Origin: Squalus acanthias
Lineage: Eukaryota
Length of the DNA: 64,000 nucleotides
Direction of reading: 5' to 3'
NCBI GenBank assembly: GCA_030390025.1
Contig: CM059453.1
Span: 7,130,001 to 7,194,000, forward strand
Position numbers and translations under genes: made by a program. The notes beneath the pieces were generated by a model. It searched no databases, was not told where the DNA came from, and saw only the letters and a list, made by a program, of their open reading frames with translations. This document shows positions 45,982 through 57,329 of this stretch, one piece after another (position 1 is the stretch's first letter; each line of letters starts with the position of its first letter).

Positions 45982-48370
45982 AGTCCAGAAATTCGGCTCC
46001 CTGGCTTCCCGCGCTTGCAAGGAAAGCGCGCGCACCTACCTACAGTGCCTGCCGTTGACCTCTGGGCCCACAGGGACTTCGGCTCCTGGGCCTCCCCGAA
46101 CTGCCGGCGCGCAGATCTTGTGTATCCCAGGGGCATAGTTAGTGCGATGCAGCCCCTGGGATCACGTGGGCCAGGGAGAGCCAATGGCAGCAGACCATCT
46201 TTCATTCAAATCTAGGAATACAGATCGGCCCCAAAACATCCCTAAAACTAGAACTATTTTTTTTTAAAAATCACATTTTTAAATTAACTATAAATTACAT
46301 TAATTAACTATTTTAAATAAAAATAAAAATTTTTGAAAAAATTAATTACGTTTTTTAACGATGCTAAAATTAAACTTACCTTTCTATAAAGTAATTAAAA
46401 AATATAATCTGTGAAAAAGATGTTTAAATTTTAATAAAATCAACACTTACCTTATTAAAAGAAGGCCTTGCACATCCTTTTGCAATGGCCCAAAAAATCG
46501 GCCGAACACGGGAGAGTACCAGCTGCGTGCTCACCCGTATTCGTTCCCGAAGTGCCGGTTTCCTGCATCCACTGCTCATGCACGGGAAACCTGCACTTCC
46601 GGTAGGGAGAAGGGGGCGGTTCCTAGCTGAACCGCGTGCGCACTAAAGGCTGCGCGCACGCAGCACACTTCGGTTTTTTTTCAGGTTTCAATGCGAGGGT
46701 AAGTATGGAAGATTCTACACAAGTAAAAAGGAGGCTTAAGACCCCTTTTGAACAAGGTAAGTAGTTAATTAAGTATAATTTTAAATTTTTTTCAACAGGT
46801 TTATCTTTTTTAGAGATTTTAAAGAAAGGTAAGTTTATTTTTATAACGTTGAAAAAGAATTTAAATTTTTTCAATAATTTAAATTTTTGTTTAAAGTGGT
46901 TAATTTATTTAACTATAGTTATTTTATTAATATGATGGATTTTTTTTAAATTTATTTGAGGTTTAGCTGTTCTTTTGGGGCCGATTTCAATTCACAGATT
47001 TGACATCCTGTCAAATCTATGAATGAAAGATGGTCTGCTGCCATTGGCTCTCCATGGCCCACGTGATCCCAGGGATCGCATCGCACTAACTGCGCCCCTG
47101 GGACACGCAAGCACTGCGCGCCGGCACTAGGGAAAGGCCCAGGACCCGAAGTTACTGTGGGCCCGAAACACAATGGCAGGCGCGGTAGGTAAGAGCGCGC
47201 GCAATCCTTACCCCCGCGGCAAGCCGGCCACCCGAATTGGCCAATGTGTATCTTCTCCGCGCTTACCTTCACGGAGGAACCTGCATAATATCCCGAAATG
47301 AGAGACGAACGCGCTGGCGCTCTGGCGTGGCCGTTCGACCTCTCAACCCCTTTCCTCAGGGGAACAGAAGTGCCGGTTTTCCGCGCATGCGCATTGCATT
47401 CAAGAAAACGGCACTTTCGTTCAGTCCACGGGCAAGTGCACAGTGCGGACTCACCCGACAACTGACGAATTTCTGCCCACCAGTTATTATGGCGAATTCG
47501 GATGAATGTGCAGTTTCTGGCTATGGCCAGTAGGTGGCGCGGTGTAGCCACTGTATTTAATGCCATGACACACTGTCAGTACACGGGAGATCTAATGCTA
47601 CTTCTAACTAACTGTCTGTTCTTGTCAGTTCCCAATGTATCCTTCCGTTTCTGAACACGTTGGAGTAGGATTTGTCTTGGACGGAAGCGCAAAACGGAAC
47701 GGCCGACTGTTATATGCCCATTTTACTATTTAGTTCCCTGCGATGCGATAACGCCAGTTTTAGGGTAGCGCCTGCGATTAATTTCTACTGTGGCTAGCGC
47801 ACGGTTCAATTGTTCTCTTGGATCCAGTTGGCCCAAAAATTCGGCCGTTCCAGGGTGAGTACACAATCCGTACTCACCCGTATTCATTCCCGAAGTGCCG
47901 GTTTCCTGCATGCACTGCGCTTGGTGCGGGAAACCGGAACTTCCGGTCTGGTGAAGGGGGCGGTTCCTAGGTGAACCGTGAGCGCGCTAGAGCCTGTGAG
48001 CACGCAGCACACTTAGATTTTTTTTCAGGTTTCAACGCGAGGGTATGTATTGAAGATTCTACGCTTGTAAAAAGGAGGGGTAAGACCCCTTTTGAACAAG
48101 GCAAGTAGTTAATTAAGCAAAATTTTAATTTTTAGATACTTTAAAGGAAGGTAAGTTTATCTTTTTAACTTTTAAAAAGTATTTTAACTTTTTCAAAAAA
48201 TAAAATTTTTGTTTAAAGTGGTTAATTTATTTAACTATAGTTCTTTTATAACTGTGATGATTTTTTTTTAATTTATTTGAAATTTAGCTGTTCTTCTGGG
48301 GCCGATTTCAATTCACAGATTTGACAGATCCTTACCCCCGCGCCAAGCCGGTCACGCGAATTTCTAGGCC
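45982..48370. mobile_element. Nested non-autonomous DNA transposons (MITE-like, probably PIF/Harbinger)
   Basis: Inner copy 46487-47242 with AAT TSD inside an oppositely oriented outer copy (about 45982-47478). A further internally deleted copy at 47830-48370. Termini GGCCCA(G/A)AAATT...AATTTCTAGGCC, AT-rich cores. Superfamily inferred from the 3-bp TSD and GGC termini. Confidence 0.65.
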
Positions 48371-48699
48371 ATTGTTAACTCAAGCGCACTGACTGCCAGT
48401 GGGCTCCGTGCACACAGTTGTGCCTGGCCCTGGGCTTACCCAGTTAAGATACGTGCCCAGTGACGCGTTGGGAAGGGGTCACTCAGTAGTGATCAGGAAT
48501 TGGATCACTGGCTGTTTCATTCCATTTAGCGTCGATGTCATTCATAGTGTGGCAGCTGCCAGCCTTGCACAGATCTGCGATTGAAGCATGGGTTCAGCTT
48601 ATACCTGGCGCAGACTTCACCCTCAGAAACGCATTTGTTAGCTCGGATATAAACCAGTGAGGCAATTAGAACATAATTAATCAATGGGTTGCGCAGCAC

Positions 48700-49370
48700 T
48701 TTCTATATATAAACCGCCCGGACCCCTCGATTAGATTCCTGCCTGTAACACACTACCCGAGTATCCGTTATTCTATATATAAACCACCCGAAACTCAAGA
48801 TTAGTTTCCAGCCTGTAACTCACTCCCGGGTTTCTGTTATTCTGTATATAAAACACCCGAAACCCTCGATTAGATTCCAATTTGTAACTCATTCCCCACT
48901 GTCGGTTATTCAATATATAAACCCTCCCCCGAACCCTTCGATTAGATTCCAGCCTGTAACTCACTCCTGGGTATCTGTTATTCTATATACACACCAAACT
49001 GAATCCCCTCGATTAGAATCCAGCCTGCAACTCACTCCCAGTTATCTGTTATTCTTTGTATAACGCCGACCCACCCCCGAACTCCTCGATTAGATTTCAG
49101 CCTGTAACTCACTCCCGGGTATCTGTTATTCTATATATAAACCCTCCCCCGAACCCCTCGATTCGATTCCAGCCTGTAACTCACGCACGGGTAGCTGGTA
49201 TTCCATATACAAACCTCACTGAAACCCCTCGATTATATTCAGATCTGTAACTCACTCCCAGTTATCTGTTATTCTTTATATAACCCCGCACTCACCCGAA
49301 CTCCTCGATTAGATTACAGCCTGTAACTGACTCCCGGGTATCCGTTATTCTACATATAAACTACCCAAAA
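48700..49370. repeat. About 72-bp satellite/minisatellite, about 9 copies
   Basis: Recurring CCCCTCGATTAGATTCCAGCCTGTAACTCACTCCCGGGTATCTGTTATTCTATATATAAAC. Confidence 0.9.
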
Positions 49371-50224
49371 CAATATATCAAAATCCAATCGCGAAGTCAT
49401 TGTTGGGTATGTGTTAATGTACACATGAGCCATTAGAACCTCTTCGTTATATTTCAGCCTGTGACCTACATTTAACTGTCCATTTCCCTACTTATAAACA
49501 GTAGAAACTACTAGATTGTATCCATTAGCTTATATTTTGGCTGGTATGTGGCCTGCCTTCAACTCTTTACGATTTCACTGAGAATACAAATTGGAGATAA
49601 TCATCAGGAACCATTGCTGGTGTCAAGGCACACATCACACGGTGCATCTCTTGTCTCAGTTCCGCTTTCAACAGTCGCAGTTCAACAGCTCTCCTGCACA
49701 GCTTTGACGTTTAAATAGTTTCATGCCTTTGTAGCCTCGATCTGAATTACTGTCCGTTTAACGATGAATTAAAGATGACCAATTTTGATATTTGTACCAT
49801 TCCCTATCCAAGGTACTGCTCAAACTCTCCATATCAAACTCTTATATCTAACAACAAAAAGCGATCCTATCGCATTTCACTTAGTGAGTTTTCAATTGGT
49901 GAAGGTAGGTGATGTAGAAATTCGTTAACTCACTTTGCTCTCACAGTGCCCTTTAGACACAATAATGAGGCAGAAATTCCGATCCCTACGGGTGTGTACG
50001 CGCTGTATACTCACCCGCAGAGACATCGGAAATGCCGGTTTCAGGCATGCACTGCGCATGCGCTGGAAACCGGAATTTCCGATCTGTCAAGAAAGCACTT
50101 GACAGATCCTCCGGCTGCCCTGGAGCAGTGCCTGTGCGGGTGGAGAGTTCCGTTTTTTGGAGACCCTCAGCCCGCAGAAAACACATACAATTCTAGCGCC
50201 TGTGAAAGCAGGTGCAAGGACTGC

Positions 50225-50578
50225 TTTTTTTTTGTAACTAAATAAAACTTTAAAGGAAACTTAACAAATCAAATTAAAATTTGGTAGTCCGGGGTGACGA
50301 TGCACTCCAGCCCCCGCGGCGCCCACCGGTCGCGGAAAAACTCAAGCGTGCCGGCGGACACCGCGTGCTCCATCTCCAGGGCCACCCGGGCGCGAACATG
50401 GCCGCGGAAGAGAGGCAGGCAATCGAGCCGAACGACCCCCTCGACCGCCCGCTGCCTGGACCAATTAATGGCTTTCTTAGCCAGGCCCAGGAGCAGTCCC
50501 ACGAGGAGGTCCTCTGACCTGCCCGCTCCCCTCCGCACCGGGTGACCGTAGATCAGGAGCGTGGGGCTGAAGTGCAAC
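50225..50578 (-). mobile_element. Tx1/L1-clade LINE 3' fragment with poly(A)
   Basis: ORF2 C-terminus FSPTLLIYG...LLLGLAKKAI..SR...F.DRW, a short 3' UTR, and an A-tail (T-run at 50225-50233). Confidence 0.75.
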
Positions 50579-50592
50579 TATAACAATGCAAA

Positions 50593-50664
50593 TAGCAGAG
50601 GATGGTTTCGATCAATCGATCTCTTGGTTACGGGCAGAGCACGCTTCCGCTGCGCCATCCTGCT
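50593..50664 (-). pseudogene. Initiator tRNA-Met pseudogene
   Basis: AGCAGGATGGCGCAGCGGAAGCGTGCTCTGCCCGTAACCAAGAGATCGATTGATCGAAACCATCCTCTGCTA. About 64/72 identical to vertebrate tRNA-iMet as I recall it, with the initiator-specific GATCGAAAC T-loop. Anticodon CAT>CGT and broken stems. Confidence 0.92.
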
Positions 50665-51167
50665 TTTAACAGGCTAAGAGTTGAAAAACGTAAAAAAAAT
50701 ATTTTTTCCACTGATTTATCATTTTAAAATACTTTAAAGAAAGGTAAGTTAATTTTTAGCACTGTTAAAAACTTTAATAATTATTTTCAAAAATTTAAAT
50801 TTGTGTTTAAAATAGTTAATTTATGTAATTTATAGTCATTTTAAAAATGTGATTTAAAAAAAATGTATTTGAAGTTTTACTTATGTTTTGGAGGAGATCG
50901 ATATTCATAGATTTGACAGGTCTTCCTGTCAAATCTATGAATGGAGATTCCCTGCTCTGATTGGCTACCCATGGCGCACGTGATCCTAGGGACGCTTCGA
51001 ACTGACTGCGCCCCTGGGATACGCGTGCCCTGCTTGAAGTTTGAAGAGGCCCAGCAACGGATATTTGCGACACCCGGGAGCCCTCCGTTCGAGCCGGAGA
51101 TTTTTCCAAATCGCAGCCCTCAGCCCGCGGTAGGGCTGTGAAAGGAATTTCTAGGCCAATCCTATAC

Positions 51168-53089
51168 TGGCCCGGATTTTGTTGTCGGTGTTGCGGGTTA
51201 GCGTACGGTTTAATTGCTCCTTTGAAATCCACCGCAAGTTCAGGATTTCTGCATGCGCTTTCTGGATCTTGCGGTCTGTCAGTTTACGTGTTGACAGGCC
51301 AGCCGCGTGGACCAAGAGAAAGCAATTGCTGGCCAGAAATTGCACACGGAAATTTTACGGTTGATGCAAACAGGCGAAGGGTATGTTTGCATCTCTGTAT
51401 AGGGATTTTTCAGGCATGATTGAAATATTTTAATATCGTGAATTATACACATACACTGCATAAAATGAATTTTCGCAAATATTGGCCCAGATTAGAGTTT
51501 TAAAGATGTTGAAAATTATTATGAAAAAATTACATTTTTACTGAGGTTGGTGGAATGATGCAAATTACGATTTAAATTCCAATTCTGTGAATTGTAATTA
51601 GATTAGATTTCGGGATTCTATTACATCTCATTGCTAGATTCCCTTCGGAAATGATTAAAATCGAATTCTGCTTTGTGATTGGAGGAACAGGCCCACGTGA
51701 CCCCAGGTAAACTTCCGCAACGCCTGCGTCCCTGGGATCGCAAAGCCCTTTCACTGCCCTCCGCCTTGCATCGTCAGACAGCAAGTTTTCGCAACCTCGC
51801 CGCCATCAGGTAGATGCATAATTATTTTACCGGTCGGAGGCGTACGCTGGAAGTACACCTCCAAGCGCAATTTTTTTCCCATTAGACCCAGTCTTTTCCT
51901 GGATTAAAACTATTAATAATAATCGACAATAGTCGCATTAGTTTATTGCTGTCTCTGCATTTCCAACATGCAGCAGTCCAGAGATTTATGAACAGTCAAA
52001 ATGAAAATCGATGTGCTCAAAGTTTCATTCAAGGGACACAGACGGAATTCTTCTCTTTCGTTTATCGAGTTTTGTTTGCATGATAAGAAATGGAAAATTT
52101 GCAGCCTTTAAATTATATTGTTTGATCATGTACAAGTACAGGAGTGATTTTAAATGTCCCAGTGTGATAGTTGTGCATGAATAATTTACTAGGCTCAGAT
52201 TAATACTGTGTGATAATAACTTACGAATGTTAAAAACATACACAACTTGAAATGGCACACTGAGATTCGGTACAAGGGAGAAACTAGTGTTGAGATGTCA
52301 CTGTGTCAGAATACCGTTGGAATTCTAAACAGCACATTAAAAAGACATCGGTGTATATTATTAACATGAGCGCGGCCGTTGTAATTGGAATGTCCATAAG
52401 TATTAAACAAATTAACGCGGAATTCACAGCTCCAATTTTGTGCCGGGGTGTAATTGATGATATAGCACAGAGGATTACTTATTCATTGGCCCAGATATTT
52501 GACTCGGAGGCTTGCCGCGGGGGTAAGGATCGCGGGCGATCGAACCTACCGCGCCTGCCGTTGTGTTTCGGGCCCGTGGAACTTCGGGTCCTGGGCCTCT
52601 CCCTGGTGCCGGAGACCTGTCAAATCTATGAATACAAATTGCCCCCAAAAGAACAGCTAAATCTCAAATAATTCTTTTTAAAAAACCATCACATTAATAA
52701 AATAACGATAGTTAAATAAATTAATCACTTTAAACAAAAATTAAAATTTTTGAAAATATTTAATTTGTTTTAAAACGTTATAAAAATAATCTTACCTTTC
52801 TTTAAACTCTCTAAAAAAGATAAACCTGTTGAAAAAAAATTAAAATTATACTTAATTAACTACTTACCTTGTTAAAAGGGGGTCTTACACCTCCTTTTTT
52901 CGTGTGTAAATTCTTCAATACTTACCCTCGCGTTGAAACCTGAAAAAAAACGCACGAGTTTCACCCGGGAACCGCCCCCTTCGCCATACCGGAAGTGCCG
53001 GTTTCCCACGCATGCGCAGTGAATGCAGGAAACCGGCACTTCAGGAGGCCTTGCGGGTGAGTAAACAATGCGTACTCACCCGGCAAGTG
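51168..53089. mobile_element. Further MITE-like copies (about 51168-51885 and 52487 to the gap)
   Basis: GGCCC(A/G)GA termini. 52487-53089 is a reverse-complement homolog of 46487-47242. Confidence 0.6.
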
Positions 53090-53344
53090 NNNNNNNNNNN
53101 NNNNNNNNNNNNNNNNNNNNNNNNNNNNNNNNNNNNNNNNNNNNNNNNNNNNNNNNNNNNNNNNNNNNNNNNNNNNNNNNNNNNNNNNNNNNNNNNNNNN
53201 NNNNNNNNNNNNNNNNNNNNNNNNNNNNNNNNNNNNNNNNNNNNNNNNNNNNNNNNNNNNNNNNNNNNNNNNNNNNNNNNNNNNNNNNNNNNNNNNNNNN
53301 NNNNNNNNNNNNNNNNNNNNNNNNNNNNNNNNNNNNNNNNNNNN
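53090..53344. other. Assembly gap
   Basis: Run of N. Confidence 1.
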
Positions 53345-54059
53345 GGAGACTATCCCCGCCTGTTACGTTGGAGACCTAAGTTCAGTTCCCAGATGGAGGG
53401 CACGATTTTTCCGGCATGGAGTCGCTGGCCGAATGGTCTCCTTCCTTGCCGTTATGACTATCTATCTTTCTATCTCTCCATCTAACTATCTATCTATCGA
53501 TCTATTTATTTATCATCGGCTGTCTTTCTGGTTTACTTCTATATTGTAAAGTAATTGCCATTCCTCAAAAAAAGTTTTATTTTGAAATCAAACAATTCAT
53601 CATTTAGGGAAAGAAAGAGGAAAGGAGGATAGGAACGTGAGAGAAAGGAGCCCGGGAAAACAAGTTGCGAGAGAGGGAGCTCTGATTTTACCCATGTGAA
53701 AAACTATTCCAGTGAACGGACGTTTAAGAAAGGAGCAAGTGGAAGTTGACAGATTTATGGGTAATTCTAGTAGTGTGGCGATTATAGAAAAGTGAGTGGA
53801 GCAGTGGGAACTTGACGGGGTAGGCGATGTGATTGGAGTGAACAGATTGGGGAAGCATAAATGATTAGCTAACAGATGGGAAGGGAATTGTTGTCGCCGC
53901 ATTTTCCTTGAATTTGTCATGACAAATTCAAAATACAGGCATTGGTGACTCCTTTCCGCAGCCGGACCATGCAATACCAATGACACTGAAAGGACACAAA
54001 AAAGTTACGGAAATATAGAGAATCAGACGGGGGCGAGACAGAAGTGGAAAGAGTTAATA

Positions 54060-57000
54060 ATAAGAACATAAGAAATAGGAGCAGGAGTAGGCTAATCGGC
54101 CCCTCGAGCCTGCACCGCCATTCAATAAGATCATGGCTGATCTGATCCTAACCTCAAATCTAAAGAACACAAGAAGTAGGAGCAGCACCCGGTAACTCAG
54201 CACCTGGGCCTGCTCCGCCACCCACAGGGCCTTGACCGATCCGAACTCAGCCTCATGTCCAATTTCCTGCCCGCTCCCCGTAATCCCTAATTCCCCTTAC
54301 TTCTGGGAAACTGTCTATTTCTGTTTCAAATTTATTTAATGATGTAGCTTCCACAGCTTCCTGGGGCAGCAAATTCCACAGACCTACTACCCTCTGAGTG
54401 AAGAAGTTTCTCCTCATCTCAGTTTTGAAAGAGCATCCCCGTATTCTAAGATTATGCCCCCTAGTTCCAGTTTCACCCATCCTTGGGAACATCCTTACCG
54501 CATCCACCCGATCAAGCCCCTTCACAATCTTATATGTTTCAATAAGATCGCCTCTCATTCTTCTGAACTCCAATGTGTAGAGTCCCAATCGACTCAACCT
54601 CTCCTCATATGTCCACCCCCTCATCCCCGGGATTAACCGAGTGAACCTTCTTTGTACTGCCTCGAGAGCAAGTATGTCTTTTCTTAAGTATGGACACCAA
54701 AACTGTATGCAGTATTTCAGGTGCGGTCTCACCAATACCTTATATAACTGCAGCAATACCTCCATGTTTTTTTAATCTATCCCCCTAGCAATAAAAGCCA
54801 ACATTCCGTTGGCCTGCTTGATCACCTGCTGCACCTGCATACTAACTTTTTGATTTTCTTGCATTAGGACCCCCAGATCCCTTTTATACTGCAGCACTTT
54901 CCAGTTTCTCGCCATCAAGATAATAACTTGCTCTCTGATTTCTCCTGCCAAAGTGCATAATCTCACAATTTCCAATATTGTATTGCATCTGCCAAATCTC
55001 CGCCCACTCACCCAGCCTTTCTATATCCACTTGTTGTTTTTTTATGTCCCCCTCACTTTCAACTTTCCCTCCCATCTTTGTATCATCTGCAAACTTTGAT
55101 ATGTTACACACGGTCCCCTCCTCCAAATCGTTAATATAGATTGTAAAGAGTTGGGGACCCAGCACCGACCCCTGCGGAACACCACTGGCTAATGGTTGCC
55201 AGTCCGAGAATGAACCATTTATCCCAACTCTCTGCTTCCTGTTAGATAACCAATCCTCCACCCATGCCAGAATATTACCCCCAATCCAGTGATTTTTTAT
55301 CTTGAGCAATAATCTTTTATGTGGCACCTCGTCGAATGCCTTCTGGAAGTCGAAATACACTACGTCCACTGGTTCCCCTTTATCCACCCTGTACGTTTTT
55401 TCCTAAAAGAACTCAAACAAATTTGTCAGACATGACTTCCCCTTCATAAAGCCATGCTGAATTTGTCCTATTGAATTATGTTTATCTAAATGTTCCGTTA
55501 CTGTCTCCTTAATGATAGACTCCAAAATTTTACCCACCACAGATGTTAGGCTAACTGGTCTATAATTTCCAGCCTTCTGCCTACTAACCTTTTTAAATAA
55601 GTGTGTAACATTAGCAGTATTCCAATCTGCCGGGACCTTTGCTGAGTACAGGGAATTTTGGAAAATTATTACCAAAGCATCCACAATCCCTTCTGCCACT
55701 TCCCTCAAGACCCTAGGATGTAAGCCATCAGGTCCAGGGAATTTATCCGCCTTGAGTCCCATTATTTTACTGAGTACCAATTCCTTAGTGATTTTAATCG
55801 TATTTAGTTCCTCCCCCGCTAGAGCCCCCTGTTTGTCCAGTGTTGGGATATTCTTAGTGTCCTCTACCGTAAAGACTGAAACAAAATATTTGTTCATCAT
55901 TTTTGCCATCTCCATGTTTCCCACCATTAATTTCCCGGTCTAATCCTCTGAGGGACCTACTTTTGCCTTAGCCAACCTTTTTCTTTTTATATAATTATAG
56001 AAACTCTTGCTGTCTGTTTTTATATTTTTTGCTAATTTATTTTCATAATCTATCTTCCCTTTCTTAATCAGTCCTATAGTTACTTTTTGCTGTCTTTTGA
56101 AGACTTCTCAATCTTCCATCCTCCCACTAAGTTTGGCTACCTTATATGTCCTTGTTTTTAGTCGGACACTATCCTTAATTTCTTTACTTAGCCACGGATT
56201 GCTGTCATTTCTCTTACACCCTTTTTTCCTCAGTGGAATATATATTTTTTGAAAGTTGTAAAGTAATTCGTTAAATGAACACCACTGCTCATGTACCGTC
56301 TTACCCTTTAATCAATTTTCCCAGTCCACTTTAATCAATTCCGCTCTCATACCATCATAGTCTCCTTTATTTATGTTCAGTACGCTTGTTTGAGAAGCAA
56401 CCTTCTCACCCTCTAATTGGATATGGAATTCAACCATGTTATGGTCACTCATTCCAAGCGGATCCTTAACTAGGACATTTTTAATTAATCCTGACTTATT
56501 ACACAAGACCAGGTCCAAGGTTGCCTGCCCCCTTGTAGGATCAGTTACATACTGCTCAAGAAATGCATCCCTAATACACTCAATAAACTCTTTCTCCAAG
56601 CTGCTTTGCCCAATTTGATTTGTCCAGTTAATATGATAGTTACAATCTCCCATAAGTATAGCTGTTCCCTTATTACATGCCCCAACTATTTCCTGATGAA
56701 TACTTCTCCAGCAGAGTTGCAAATATTAGGAGGCCTATATACTACTCACACTAGTGTTTTTTTGCCCTTATTATTCCTTATCTCCACCCAAACTGTTTCA
56801 TTATCCTGATCCTTTGACCCAATATCATTTCTCTGTATTTCAGTAATTCCTTCCTTTATTAACATAGCCAGCCCACCTCCCCTTCATCCCTGCCTGTCCT
56901 TCCAGATTGTTAAATACCCTGGCATATTTAATTCCCAGTCGTTGTCACCCTGCAGCCATGTTTCTGTAATGGCCACAAGATCATACCCATACGTAGTTAT

Positions 57001-57200
57001 TTGTGCCGTTAACTTGTCCATTTTGTTACGAATGCTACGTGCATTCAGATAAAGAACGTTCAAATATGTTTTGTGACACTTCGTTCCTGCTTTTTCCTTT
57101 TTTTAAACTTTACATTTTACTCCATACCTTCTGTCCCTAACTGAGATGCTCTCCTCTGTCTCCCTACTCAGGTGCCCAACCCCCTGCCACTTTAGTTTAC
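54060..57200 (-). mobile_element. CR1 LINE, nearly complete degraded ORF2
   Basis: APE endonuclease (MGDCN, SDHN), RT (FQKAFD, PQGSVLGP, KFADD) and 3' tail, with stops and frameshifts. Confidence 0.95.
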
Positions 57201-57329
57201 AGATGAGAAGCAAAAGAGTTCAGAGAACGAGTGAACGAGAGAGTGAGAGTAGCGAAAGAGGAGATAGAGGAAGCAAAATCGCAATTTGAAGTCCTCAGAC
57301 AAACGTAACAGAGACTGCACTCTTTGTCC

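Larger units (their letters stand above)
49967..51157. mobile_element. MITE-like element carrying a retrocopy insertion
   Basis: aat/GAGGCAGAAATTCC...GGAATTTCTAGGCC/aat with AAT TSD. Confidence 0.7.

Noticed and set aside
50593-50664. Functional tRNA-Thr(CGT) gene
   Set aside because: The body is initiator-Met type with mismatched acceptor and anticodon stems, embedded in a retrocopy.
53012-53485. ORFs spanning the N run
   Set aside because: Artefacts of the assembly gap.
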